Positions 1 to 14,000 of a DNA stretch of 64,000 nucleotides are shown piece after piece. The stretch spans positions 14,240,001-14,304,000 of the forward strand of contig CP068257.2 in NCBI GenBank assembly GCA_009914755.4, given 5' to 3'. Position numbers and translations under genes: made by a program. Under the pieces are notes generated by a model. That model had not been told where the DNA came from and did not search any database. It saw nothing but the letters and a program-made list of their open reading frames with translations. The stretch's first letter is position 1. Every line of letters starts with the position of its first letter. The stretch is from the human T2T-CHM13v2.0 reference genome, Homo sapiens.

Positions 1-189
1 CTCCCAGCGAATAAAAATGTGGATGCTTGGGGAAGTGGAGGTGGATGGTAAATGGGAATACTCTTGTTTGAATTTTTAAAAATTTACATTGTAAATAACA
101 TTAAATACCATTTGTTGTGCCCATGATAACTTCATCCAAAATATATATATTAGTCTGCTAAGATATGCCATAACAAAATAACACAGGCT

Positions 190-545
190 TGGTGCCTTAA
201 ACAACAGAAATTTTTCTTCTGGTTCTGGAAGCTGGAAGTCTAAGATCAAGCTGTTGGTGGATTTGATTTCCCCTAAGGCCTCTCTCCTTGGCCTGCAGAC
301 CACCACCTTCTCTCTGTGTCCTCACCTAGCCTTTTCTCTGTGTCCTCACCTAGCCTTTTCTGTGTGCTGCATCCCTGGCCTCTCTTCCAGTTCTTATAAG
401 GACCCCAGTCACATTGGATTTGAGCCCCATCCTTATGAACTCACTTAACCTTAATTATCTCTTTAAGGGCCCTGTCTCCAAACACAGTCATGTTAGGGGG
501 TTAGGGCTTCAATTTATGAATCTGGGGGACAATTTAGTAAAAAAA
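190..545. mobile_element. ERVL-MaLR-type LTR fragment (MLT/MST-like); contains a 26-bp tandem duplication at ~305-356
   Basis: Characteristic MaLR LTR motifs are present, for example 'ttcttataaggaccccagtcacattggatt...ccttaattatctctttaagggccctgtctccaaacacagtcatgttagggggttagggcttcaatttatgaatctggggg'. I could not fix the orientation relative to the consensus from memory. Confidence 0.5.
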
Positions 546-1677
546 ATAGTATGTGACAGCCCAGTTTATATACCTGCTTTCCAGAAACAAGAATATGGTT
601 GTTAATGTCTTCTCTTTAGCCTCAAGATACAGTGCAAATATCTGTAGTTCCGTTCTTACGTAAGCTTTATTTTACTTTTTCTAAAAACTATATTGAAAGT
701 ATAGCAATCCGAGTTAGAAATTGCTTATAATGCATTCATCTAATCAGCTCAGTGTTCTTACTGAACAAACTTTTATTTCCATGTTTACTCATGTTTATTT
801 CATCAGTTTCACCTGACATTATACCATGAATATATTTCTGTTTTGCTAGTGTTTTTATTCTTACTGATCACATGTCCCTTTTTCGTCTTCCATACCACTC
901 CCAGCCTAGAGTTAATGACCACTAACCACCGTAGCCACATACTTTTCCATGTTTGGATAACCTTATGCAGCATATACACCTAAAGGGTGGTGGTTTTTTT
1001 AGGGGGTGGTGGTGGAAGGGGGGAGACGGTCATTGTTTTTACAAAAATTAAATTTCATCTATTTTACACATCCTTTCCCCTGTCTTCCCCTTGTACTTTC
1101 CAACCTTCAGTTTCTTCTTTTTCTAATTAGCTTTGTAGGAGTGACTTAAAATATAATAAAGTGAAATAACATAGCAGTGATAATAATAGAATAAAAATAA
1201 ACGAAACGTGATTGGAGAAACTGCACACATGCACACCAAGATTTCAGATATTCTTATTCCTTCCATGTACAGTTCTCAGTGGGTATTTCAGACCTTCACT
1301 CCCATCCTCAGCCTCTCCTATTCAGTGCCAGCTTCTGTAACGCTGGATGATCTTTTCTTTGCCTAACGAAGAAAACTGGAGATGTTAGGTATGATCCTCC
1401 TTTCAACTTTTGTGCCTCCTATCTAAATTAGTTGTTAACCAGCTTGTAATGAAGGGATAAACATTGATAACCCAATATTATTTAGAAAATAGAAATAGAA
1501 TCAGAATATACTATGAAATGAGCTTACAAATTTCAACAAGTGTCCACTATTTTGGGAGTGTGTTTGCTCTTCTCCAGCAGTAATCCAGAAAGCTCACTTT
1601 TTCCCCCGAGACTATCTCATACAACATGTTTGCCCTGTAGCAAACAGCTCCTTATTTTTTCAGTAATGTAGAGCTAG

Positions 1678-2018
<341 letters not shown>

Positions 2019-2404
2019 TAGACCCATATTCCTAACCTAGTTCGTCAAAAGCATATGAGGAACTTTTTTTTCTTTAAAGTGTCCAGATGTTATCTCTCAT
2101 GTGTATTACAGGGCTTCAAATGTGAGAATTGGAGTTTAGATAGTTGTTTTTCCAATTTTAATTTAAGATTTGCCTGTGGCCCTACTATGTGATTGAGCCT
2201 AGCTAAAGTAGTGTGGAGGAATTTGCTTTTTACAGTACTGTATGTCACATGAAAGGGCAGGGGTCTTCAGATTGCTGATGTTCCCTCAGCCATAGACCAT
2301 GCCCACTTTTGACGTGCTCTAGCCAAAGCTGCATGAAAATATTTTTCAGTCCCTACTGGATTTTTCTCTTATGAATGGTTAACAGTGCAGGTTCTGGAAC
2401 CAAA

Positions 2405-2560
2405 CTACCTGGATTCAGATTCTGGCTCTGCCGTTTATTCGCTGTGTGTTGACCTTGAATGAGTGATTTAACTTTTCCGTGCCTCAGATTCTTCATCTAT
2501 AAAATGGGCATTATGACATAACACACCTTAGAGGATTTTTTAAAAGATTAAATGGGTTTC
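2405..2560 (+). mobile_element. MIR SINE fragment
   Basis: 'ggctctgccgtttattcgctgtgtgttgaccttgaatgagtgatttaacttttccgtgcctcagattcttcatctataaaatgggcattat' matches the MIR core 'ggctctgccacttactagctgtgtgaccttgggcaagttacttaacctctctgtgcctcagtttcctcatctgtaaaatgggg'. Confidence 0.65.
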
Positions 2561-5500
2561 CAGATATAAAACGTTTAGAAACTGTCTGCCACATTAAGTA
2601 TTCAATAATTGTGAGCCCTTTTTATAGTTTGTCAGTATTGTTTACTCCTGTTCTGGTTTTGAGGATCTTTAGCTTCCATCCTCTACCTGCATTCCTAGTG
2701 TTTTTTTTTTTCTCCCTACTTCTTAAAGTTGTGCTCAAGGTTTGGTACTTGGCCCCTTCCTCATGCTTTTCACTTTTTCTGGTTGTGTCTGTTAGTTTGT
2801 CTTCTTATTCTGCCTCCATGAATCACAGGTCATTGTTTTCTAATCATACCCATGTGAGTTCTAAACCAATACATATTTGCAGTTGTCTTTTCATCACATA
2901 TACCTGGATGTTTCGCAGACACTTTCGACTTGGCACATCTGAATTCATCACTTTTTCCCAAATCTGATTGTCTCATACTCCCTTGATGAAATGATGTAAT
3001 AATCCCAAAATGAATTATTCTCAATTCTACTTTTACCTCCCATTGATTACCAAGTGTCAGCATGTCAGATTTTTTAATACTCCTTAGTACTATGGCTGAT
3101 GAGGTCCGTCATCTCTTAGTTTGACTGTTAGATTTGTCCCTGAGTAGCACTGTCTTTGATTTTGCCCCTGAAATTCATCTTCACACTGTTGACAGAATAA
3201 TCTTTTAAAGTGGTTTGTTTTACATGTCTGTCTTCCACTGCTGGACTGAGCTCTTAACAGGAGATTGTATCTCTTGTTTTTGTAATCCTAGCACCTGTTA
3301 AAATAACTAGCAACTTAGAGGTGCAGTCTTGCAGGTTTTCTGACCCTCCAGTCACCCTAGACCTGCACTGATACAGTTTTCGTTAGCCATTTAAATTTAA
3401 ATAAAATTGAACATTCTGTTAATTAGTAATACTAGCTATATTTCAAATGCTCATAGCCACATGTTACTGTTGACTACTATATTGGACAACATTTTAGAAC
3501 ATTTCGATTATCATAGGAAGTTTCATTGGACAGAGCTGCCCCAGCAGACCTTTGCTGATGTGGATGTCTTTCTGTATTAACATCCTTTTAACATTCAGAC
3601 ACCTCCCAAATGCTAACCTTAATAGATTGGCCTTCAGCATTTATGTCTCTCTATCTTGATCCTGCAATTGATGACTTTACTATGTCTGCTCTGCAGAGAG
3701 CACCACTACCAGCATGTGTCCAATCAGGAAAGCCGACACTACATATTTCAACAGAGGAGATGTGAGTACAGAGGCATTAGAGAGTAACCCGGGGATCACA
3801 ACTGTAGGATGCAGCTACTAGTCCTAAGGGTAAGAAAACAAATGGGAAAAAATTGGGGCTGCCAGAGCCTTAAAGCTCCAAAAAGGGTCATCATGGCATT
3901 AGTGCTCAGACCCCTGAGGAGGCTTACCACCTACCTGCTCATGGTAATTCTGAGGGGTAAAGTAACGACAGTTCTAGAAGTTTCGAAGTAGTTGAAGGCT
4001 GGAATTTGCTGCCGTTATTACAAAGCTGATAGGACTAGCCATCAGAGATGAACTAGATCTTTTTTCATCTTCCTGCCAACTTCCCTGTAGTACTTCCTAC
4101 TGGCAGAACCTAATAAGCAGCAGTCAGAGGGGTCAGAGAAGTGTAGTTTGCAGAGTCCCGGCCTCAGCACACAGAGCAGAGGACAGAAGGGTGGAATTGG
4201 AGCTGAGAAACAATAGATGAAGAACCAGCACACTGGTTTCCTTCAAAGACTCATTTTTATCTAAAGGTATTAGTCCCTAAAACGCCAGATACTCAGGAAT
4301 TTGTAGAGAAATTCTGGGCCCTCAAGAATAAGTGTACTAGTTCGAATTGAAATCTTGTTACTCTTTTCTGTTAAACGAGACTGTAATGCTGCTATATAGT
4401 GCTTAACTTTTAAAATTGACAGTGGATGAATCTGCATATTATAGTCAGGTGTTCATGTCCATCCATTCATTTATTGAGTGCCTACCACATGCCACACAAT
4501 CTATCAGGTGGTATGTATATAAAATAAAACTTAGATAATAAGACAAAAGTAATAATTCACCCAAATTCATCTATAAATCCAGACTTAGGGACTGTTGACA
4601 TTTTTGTGTTCGTGCCTGTGGACATCTTTCTGTGCATATGCATGTACACACATCACAATATCATAAAAAGTTTATAAATGCAGATGTTTCCAAGAAAGTG
4701 TGTATTCATCTACCTCTCTCCTGCTGTATAGTATTTGATTATAAGGAGAATGCTCCATTACTATTTACCTGTGGACATAGAGCATAGGCTGCTACATATG
4801 TCTCTATATACTTTATGCACTTTGTCTTTCCACTAAAATTTCTCAAGGTATAATTTCTGTCTGGGTCACTGAATATGTAGATTTAAAATTTTGAGCTACA
4901 TTTTTCAAACTGCCCTTCACCAAAGATGTTACAGTTTACACTGCCACCAATAGTACATGAGACTGTTCTTTCATACATTCAATAACAGAATATTATTGAC
5001 CTTTAATTTGTTTGATAGCCAAAAGTGTGTTCTTCGCATTTCAAAATTTTTAGTGAGAGCATATTCCAATATGTTAATTGACTATTTGTATTTCTTGTAT
5101 AGTTAACTACCTGTTTACATCCTTTACACTTTTTCTTTTGGGTGTTTATGTCTGTAACTTGGCAGTAGCTCATATTAGGAATCATTATTATACACGTTGC
5201 AAATATTTTTACAATTAGTTTATTTATTATTGCATTATAACCATGCTTACGTAGTGGTGCTCTACTATTTCTGCCTTAGGTATAATGTTTAGAATTTTCT
5301 CTGGTCAGGGTTATAAAAATACTCATGTTTCTCCTGATATTTTTATGATTTCATTTTTAGATCAGTCTTTAATGCAGTTGACAGTTACATTAAAGTAGTG
5401 AAATAGTCAACATTTTCTGTCAGTATTATCTGGTTGTCATAATACCATTTATAAAATAATTCCTGCTCTTCCTCATTGATCTAAAATGTAACTTCCACTA

Positions 5501-6763
5501 GATAATCATATTTATGTTTGATATTTACAAATACTATTCAGTTCTATTTTGTCTGTTCAGCTACTTTCACTGATTTAATTATTGTTGCTTCTTGTTTGAC
5601 TATATATTTAAAATATTTGTTTTATAACTAATACAAGGTTTCATACCTAATAGGTCAAGTATTACTTCCCAACACATACACCCTTATCTCTTTCATAATT
5701 CCATACTCTTTTACAGATAAACTGTAGAATTATTTAATCTTCCTTCAAATACAGGTTCTATTGGTATTCTGATTATAATACAGGATACATAGATACATAC
5801 GACATTGCATGGGTCACATAAATTGTGGCACCTTTTCAATATTAATATTCTTATTCATAAAGAATATTGTTTGTCCTATTAGGTTCATATGCCCCTCAGT
5901 AAAGTTTTTAGATTATTTTTCTTTAGTCAGGTATCTTAATGTGTTTTAATGTTCTTGTATTTATGAATGTGCTCCTTTTTTCTCCCCCTTTACAAAAATG
6001 TTTTCTAATTGAATATTTTCATTTTTTAAATCTCAGAACCTCTTCACACAAATTAGTAAGGGCCTCAGAGAACTTTTATGTTGGCAGGTATGTCTGCTAA
6101 TATTTACCACTTCAGAAATTAAAAATGTAATTGAAAAGTGACATGTCTATGTAACATTTATGTTAGCATAAATATTTTAAGTGAAAAATGGCTAAATTTT
6201 TTGCCTAGCCCTTCTTTTGGAGGCTTGTAGGGAAATAAAATACTGATTATATCTGTCCCTGTACTCACACTTCAAGAATAACACATAGAATTAACTTGGA
6301 ATTTGGACTAGCAAAGACTGAATTATTGATCATCTTAAAAATGGATGGAAATCATTTTTCATGGTAGTCGTATGATTTCTTGGCAATTAGCTAATTTCTC
6401 AGGAAAATTAAGGGTGACAGTGTGGAAGGTAGGCATCTCCGTCAGTGTGGAAATACCACCCTCTAAGACAACTGCTTTATGCGTGGGTTGTACTTCCCTT
6501 GCCGCATAGTTTGAAAATGTCTCCAGGAAGAAAGTTTACCGGGTGTGCTTTACTGCTCTCAAGTATTGCAGCCTTGTGCTATCCATTGTCCAGACACTGA
6601 AAAGAATTGCTTCATATATTTTTACCCAACTTTGATTATTAATGGCAGGAAAGTTATTCAGATACCAACTGTTCCATGATGGTTAAATCTCAGAAATCTA
6701 TAATTCTCATAGAAGATACCATAGGAGAGTATCTTTAAATCTTGGAATAACAATGGGTCTCTT

Positions 6764-6766
<3 letters not shown>

Positions 6767-6809
<43 letters not shown>
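6767..6809. repeat. (CA)n dinucleotide microsatellite, ~21 units
   Basis: An uninterrupted acacac... run is directly visible. Confidence 0.95.
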
Positions 6810-6811
<2 letters not shown>

Positions 6812-7290
6812 TTAAACATGGTGGAAATTTTTGACAAATTTAACCACATTAAATATTCTGTCCATTAAGATTCCCCAAAGATGGTGGAAAGATGGCAGGT
6901 TAGTGGGAGAAGATATTTGCAGCATGCAAGGCAAGATGACAATGCACTAATAACAAAATTTCATAAAACAATGGACTTGGGGCTTGGGAAAAATAATTAT
7001 GACATGCTTTCTGAAGTGTCCCCAGATAGTTTCATAAAAAATGGAGCAAATAGGCTAAAGAAAAACCCATAGACATCATGTTCAAAAGAACTGATGACAA
7101 GGCATGTTCATAACCCATAAAATACAAGTGGATGCAGCTAAATAACTGCAATACTTTTGAAAGAGTTTGGCAGGTTTCGAAGATGTGAGGAGCTACAAAG
7201 CAGATTAAAAAAAAAAAAAAACCTACCACACATACATTTAAATCAATACAAACATGCCTGATAATTAAAACAAAAAAGGCTTGAACAAGC

Positions 7291-7322
7291 ACTTTACCAA
7301 AAAAAAAAAAAAAAAAAAAAAC
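7291..7322. repeat. poly(A) tract (~30 A); a second shorter A-run lies at ~7211-7225
   Basis: Homopolymer runs are directly visible. They are probably tails of degraded retroposed fragments. Confidence 0.8.
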
Positions 7323-7324
7323 AA

Positions 7325-8100
7325 CGAAAAACTAATCAACGTGGAATGGTGTTCAGTCTTATTAGCAGCCAGGAAAATGCAAGTTAAGGCCACAAGGAGA
7401 TAACACCAAACACATGTAAAACTGAAAAAAAACATTTAGCCATCCTCACTAGCAAATGTTGGTGAAGATGTATCTGTAGTAGTGGGAACACTCATTATAC
7501 TGGTGTGTGTGTAATTCAGTCCAACCACTTTGGATTACTTTAAAAATCTGAAGTTATGAGTATATTCAGCAATTCCTAAGTATTTTTTCTAAAGATATCT
7601 AGATACATGCGTATCATTTTACATGTACAAAATGTTCCTGGAAGCGTAGTTTGTATTAGCAAAAACTGGAAACAAATATCCATCAACAGTAAGCACATAT
7701 TGCACTATATTCATATAATGGAATACTGTACTGCAATAGAGAGCAAACCACGGTGCATGTATCAACAGGAGTGAAATAGTATTGAATGAAATAAGACAAA
7801 AGCACATATAGTGTAATTTATTTAATGTTCCAAAAAACCTTAGGTAAACCCAAAACATACAAGAATGCACTCATGTATAGTAAAACGAAAAAGACAGAAG
7901 GATTGCCATGTAAGTTAGATTAATCATTACTTGTAGGAGGGAGGAAAGATGTATGGTTTGAAAGGGACATTTGGGAGTGGCTATACTTGCTTCTAATATT
8001 CGATTTTGTAATCTGTAAGTTTGCAATTGAAGTTATACACTTGGGATTTAGAGTAGGATTGTCCCTTGGAGATATAAAGTTAAATACAAATATAAATCAT
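7325..8100 (+). mobile_element. old L1 (L1M-type) ORF2 C-terminal / 3' fragment
   Basis: The + frame translation resembles the L1 ORF2p C-terminus. For example '...LLAARKMQVKATRR.H' is close to '[15 protein letters not shown]', and 'NWKQ..IHIMEYCTAIES' is close to 'KWKQPKCPS..WYIHTMEYYSAIK'. The copy is degenerate and its boundaries are uncertain. Confidence 0.45.
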
Positions 8101-11089
8101 CAGCTCTGAGATGCATTTATAGCCAAGGAAATTCATGATACCATGTAATGAAATGATAACGAAGAGAAGGGCCTACGACGAGTTCTGAGGAGCACTGAAA
8201 GGTTCTATGTTGGAGGGAAAATCTGCAAAGGAAATAGAGACGAATATTGAATGAAGTAGGAAAGTCTGTGTCTCTCAGGAGAATTCTTCCAAGCATAAGA
8301 AGTAGGCACCTGTGTGAAGTGCTTCAGAGTAAAATGAGGATAGATGAGTAGGCAATCTTGACAAGGGTTATTTCCGAATGATGGGGACCAAGGCTCGTCA
8401 GAGTGGCTTCAAGAGTTCAGTGGGGACTTCTTTTCCCAGAAGCATGCATCATACAGCTGGAAAACACTCCCGTTAACAAGACACAGGATTGAAAAAAGTA
8501 TTAATATTGAAACAGTTTTCATGCATTCCTCAGACTAAGAAGGAAGGAAACAATATTCTTAGTGGCCAAGAATCAAGGAAACCTGAAATCATTTTGACCA
8601 ACTGATCTAAAAGGAGGAATAAATTACTTTTCCAGTCTCCCCATAGGAAATTTTACAAAATTATTAATATGTGAAGGGGTGTGGCCCAAAATGAATAAAA
8701 TTACAGAGACTACTGGATTTAATGATATTTATTGGTATTTGTCATATTTTTGTAATTTTAATTTTCATCCTAAATAACTTTCTTCACAATTTTACATTTT
8801 AAAATTTAACAACTTGTCCTCCCAGTATAGATTGGATCGTTAGGCCATGAAACATAATTCTGGTGAGTAAGCAGGGGAAAAAAAAAAAAAGAGCCTAGGG
8901 CCCATGCAAAAGGCAAAATTATCAGGAAAAAGGGAGAAAACTTTCTCCCCCAAAAAAGACAAGAAAACAACTTGCGTTTTTTTATAATTTACTCTAGATG
9001 AAGGGAGCAATTCATACAAGCTGAGTATTTGGTTATGTGTGTTTGAGGCTAGAGTTGACATTGCATAGATTATCTGAAACATCTCAAAATGAGTACTTTC
9101 AAATGGCTCCAGGTTTGTAGTGATCCCAGGAACCTGGCAGTAACAAAATTAAATCCTTTGTGAGTTTAATTGTTAAGTGTTGGCTTTGAGGAACATAATA
9201 TTTTATTTTATTTGATATATATAAGCTGTGACCAAAAGGTAAATATAAACATTTGTAGAAATTTACCAAAAAAAAAAAAAATTATTTCAGATGTGGATGG
9301 TGTAAAAGAATTGACAGAAATAGCATGATAAATATAATCATGTTTATCAAATTAATCATCCCAAAAATGGGGCCTAAATTATCTTTAGAGCCTCTCTCTA
9401 ATTTCATGGTGAGTTGGTTTGGGAGAGGAATCTCCCAGATCCCCGTTCAAGGGAGCGTTTCCTGCTGGCACATCCTTCAGGGTCTACCTCAGCTGCAGAG
9501 GGTCACTAGAGGGCTTACTTTTCCTGCGGTCTCCCACATCTTGGGCCCATGGATGCATGAATAAGTGGTCAAGCCACTTTGGCCCAATGCAGGGCCACGT
9601 ATGCCCTAGAGTCCTTCACTGGGTTGACCATGCCATTGATCATCATAGTTGTACTTCTCTCTCTACCCAATCCTAACTTTCCTAATTCTGTCCACAGATG
9701 CTGATTGATCTAATCTCGGCTTGTGGAGGACGAACCTCTTGCATACACTTACCCAAATAATTTACTGTGATTAGGTTTCTTAGGTATACCGATGCAAAAA
9801 CAGAACGAAATTCATCTTGCAAGCAACTGTCTCTCATTATAGGTTAGTAAATGAGTGTTTTGTTTAATAAACATATCTATTAATTTTATTAATCCAAACT
9901 AGTTCACCTAATAGTACTCAAAATAGCAAAGATAAATGGTTAAGCTAGAGGCTTCCCTAACATGAAAATTGACTAATAATTTTGTTAAATGTCTCTATGC
10001 TGTCACCAGTGTGTATATATTGGCCATTCTTTTGATCACTTTATTGATATATTTTGCTTGCAGTTGAAAAAAAGATAGTTATACTTAGATAACTTGATTG
10101 CTGTCTTCTAAATTCCCAGTAGGTGGTGTCATAATACTGTATTTAGGGATTTTTTTTTATTTATTTAATAAAGTGGAAAAAGAAAGTGCAAATGTGTTTA
10201 CTTAAGTATATGTACTTGCATTTTAAAAGTGTTTTGGTTTTATTATGAGATGACACTGTTATAAACAACTTAATTCCTTATATGTTTCTTCAATTCACAT
10301 TTTTACTAGAAAATATGTACTGACAGTTTTATTCTTTTATTCTCTAGAATGATACAAAACTACCTAGTCAAAAGAACAAGATGGCCACAATGTTTACAGA
10401 AATATTTTCTCATGATCTTTTTTTACTCTCATATCTTAGACATATGAAAAAAAAAAAAACCGTACTTGTCTTGGAAGTCAAACCAGGATCTGTCATTATA
10501 ATTATTGTAACCTTATTTACACTCAAAATATTTTCTATTTTTGGCTACACTTTTCAAAAACTCTCTACATCATAAATAATTCACCTTTTTGGAATTTTGG
10601 CTATTTCTAGTTGAGTTGTAAGTAGTTCTAATTTTTCTACCTTACATTTTAGTAATCTTTATATGTTTACTTTCACAATACAACATGTGCTCAGATAGTT
10701 ACAACTCAGATAGTAGTGTGGCCTCTATGCAAGGATGACTCTCAACATTCCATGAAACATTCCATGTTTTTAATGTCTTCCCAGCTGGGTCATAAGCCTT
10801 TTGAGTGTGTGGCCCGCAAATTAGTAGGTTCTTTTGTTTTTTGTTTTGTAATCACCGAAATGCCTATATATAGTAGTGTTTGGTAAATACATATTGAATA
10901 AATGTGATGCTATGTAAGTTTAAATAATTCTCCTTGACTCTCCCTGTACTCCAGAGATTAGGTGACTTCAGTGTGAAATCTATTGTTTTGCTAATTTAAT
11001 GCTTGTGATACTTCAGTAGTCAAGAATCTGAAGATCTGTACTCTCCACGGGTTGATTTTTAATGGAATGATGTAAATTGTTTTGAGTAG

Positions 11090-14000
11090 AAAGTGAAACT
11101 AGGCTGAACTTGGCTGATGCCCACCTATGTTGGAAATATTTAAACCAGCCCTAGCCAGAGAGAAATTGCCCATCTGGTGGTCAGAACTTGAGTTCTGGCA
11201 AGACTCGCTGCCACAAGCTAAAGTGCTCTGGTGCCCTAAATTAACTTGAAAGGCAGTCTGGTCTAGGTGAATCCAGGTGCTGAACTGGCCTCAGAACCAC
11301 TGGACTTGGCGGTGGAGGGGGGCATGTAACTTACTGAGACACCAGCCAGGATGGCTAAGGGAGAGCTTGTGCCACCACCCCCCAAACCCCAGGCAGCACA
11401 GCTTGTGACTCCAAAAACCCCTTCCTTCCACTTGAGGAGAAGGGTGTGGGGCTGTAGTAAGGAGAGCTTTCTCCTGCATCTTGGATACCAGCTCAGCCAC
11501 AATAGGATAGGGCACTAGTTAGAGACATGAACCCTCATTTCCAGGCCCTAGCTCCTGGGTGACATTTCCAGACACAGATCAGAAGGGAGTCTGTTGCCTT
11601 GAAGGGAAGAGCCCAGTCTTGGCAGGATTCATCACCTACTAACTGAAGAATGCTTGGGCCCTGAATAACCAGCAGTAATACCCACGTAGTATGCTGTGGG
11701 CCTTGGGTGAGACTCTGAGACTTGGTGGCTTCAGGTACCAGCTTGGCCACAAGGGAGTAGTGCACCAAATGGGCTCTTGGAGATCTCTGATTTAGGCCTT
11801 GGCTTTTGGACAGAATGTTTGGACCTGCCCGTGAAAAGATAGGGAAGAGTGAGAAGAACTGCATCTCATTGTTTGAGTGCCAGCTCAGCTGCAGTAAAAT
11901 AGAATTCCAGGTAGATGTCTCAGATTTTTGACTCCAGTCCCTGGCTTCTGGATGGCACCTCTGGACATGCCCGAGGCCTAGGGAGCTCACTGCCCTAAAG
12001 GGAAGGACACATGCCTGGCTGGCTTTGCCATCACCTGATTTGTAGAGCCCCAGGGACTTGAGTGAACATAGGCAGTAGCCAGGTCGTGGTTACAGTGGAC
12101 CTTGCATGAGACACAGTGCTGTGCTGCCTTCAGGTCTAACCCAGGGCAGTCCCAATAGTAGTGGCGACAGGGGTGCTTGTGTCACCTCACCTCCAGGTGG
12201 CTCAGAATGGAGAAAGACTCTTTGTGAGAAAATAAGAGGACAAGAGTCGCTGTCTAGTAATTCAGAGAATTCTACCAGATCTTTTCCAAGACCACCAAAG
12301 TGCTACATCTACAAGTCTGCAAGAACCACAGCATTACTGGGCTTGGGGTGCCCCCTAATGCAGATATGAATTAGGTCACAACACCCAAGTCCTTTTGAAT
12401 GTCTGGAAAGCCTTCACAAGAAAAATGGGTAAACAACAAGCCCAGACTATGAAGACTATAATAAATACCTAACTCTTCAATGCTCAGACACAGATGAGCA
12501 TGCATAACCGTAAAGACCGTCCAGGAAAACAACCTTGCCAGATGAACTAAATCAGGCACCAGGGATCAATTCTGGAGAAACAGATATGTGACCTTTTGGA
12601 CAGATAATTCAAAATAGCTGTGTTGAGGAAGCTTAAAGAAATTCAAGATCACACAGAGAAGGAATTCAGAATTCTATCAAATTCAACAGAGACTGAAATA
12701 ATTAAAAGGAATCAAGCAGAAATACTGGAGTTGAGAAATACAATTGGCATACTGAAGAATGCATTAGTCTTGTAATAGCGAATTGATTAAGCAGAAGAAA
12801 GTGAGCTTGAAGAGAAGCTATTTGAAAATACACAGAGGAAGCAAAAGAAAAAAGAAAAACAACGAAGCACACCTACAGGATCTAGAAATAGCCCCAAAAG
12901 GGCAAATCTAAGAGTTATTGGCCTTAAAGAGGTGATAGAGAAAGAGATAAGGGTAGAAAGTTTATTCAAAGGGATAGTAGAGAGCTTTTCAAACCTAGAG
13001 GAATATATCAATATCCAAGTACAAGAAAGTTATAGAAAATCAAGCTGATTTAACCCGAAGAAGACTACTTCAAGGAATTTAATAAATCAAACTTCGAAAG
13101 ATCAGGGAAAAAGAAAGCATTCTAAAAGCAGCAAGAGAAAAGAAATAAATAACATTTAAAGAAGCTTCAGTACATCTGCCAGCAGACTTTTCAGGAGACA
13201 GTAGCATGATATTTGTAAAGTGCTGAAGGAAAAATTCTCTTACCTTAGAGTAATACATCCAGCAAAAATATCCTGTAAACATGCAGGAGAAATAAAGACT
13301 TTCACAGACAAACAAAAGCTGAGGGATTTCATTCACACTAGGCCTATCCTACAAGAAATGCTAAAGGGAGAACTTCAGAAAGAAAAAGACATTAATGAGC
13401 AACAAGAAATCATGTGAAAGTATAAAATTCACTGGTAATAGCAAGTACACAGAAAAACACAGAATATTATAACACTGTAACTGTGGTGTGTAAACCACTC
13501 TTAAGTAGAAAGACCAAAAGATGAATCAATCAAAAATAATAACTACAACAATTTCCAAAACATAGTACAATAAGATATAATTAGAAACAACAAAAAATTT
13601 AAAAGTGGGGAGACGAAATTCAGTTGTAGAGTTTTTATTTTCCTTTTTCCTGTTTGTTTATGTTGTTACATAACATAAACTTAACAGTGTTAAGTTGTTA
13701 CCAGCTTAAGATAATAGGTTATAAAATAGTATTAATATTTGCAAGCTTCACGGTTATCTCAAATCAAAAAACATAATGGATACACACGCATAAAAAAACA
13801 AGAAATTAAATTATACTACTAGAGAAAATCACCTTCACTAAAAGGAAGACAGGAAGGAAGAAAAGGAAGGGAAGACCACAAAACAACCAGAAAACAAATA
13901 ACAGCATGGAAGGAGTAAGTCCTTACTTATCAATAATAACATTGAATATAAATAAAGTTTCCAATCAAAAGTGGCTAAATGTATTTTTTTAAAAAAAGAT

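Noticed and set aside
301-360. Near-perfect direct repeat 'ctctgtgtcctcacctagccttttct' x2, which could be imagined as CRISPR-like or as a regulatory tandem site
   Set aside because: It is a two-copy slippage duplication inside an LTR fragment in primate DNA. There is no array and no spacers.
4440-4500. 'cattcatttattgagtgcctaccacatgccacacaatctat', reminiscent of the L2/MIR-associated 'tatttattgagcacctactatgtgccaggcactgt' motif
   Set aside because: The match is too short, at about 45 bp, and too diverged to call an element.
7200-7325. Two poly(A) tracts, possible tails of SINEs or processed pseudogenes
   Set aside because: I could not identify a retroposed body upstream of either tract. They are annotated only as homopolymer repeats.
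11535-11990. 151-aa minus-strand ORF
   Set aside because: It lies antisense within the 5'UTR of the L1P element. It has no homology I can recognise and no coding features, so it is a chance ORF in GC-richer L1 UTR sequence.
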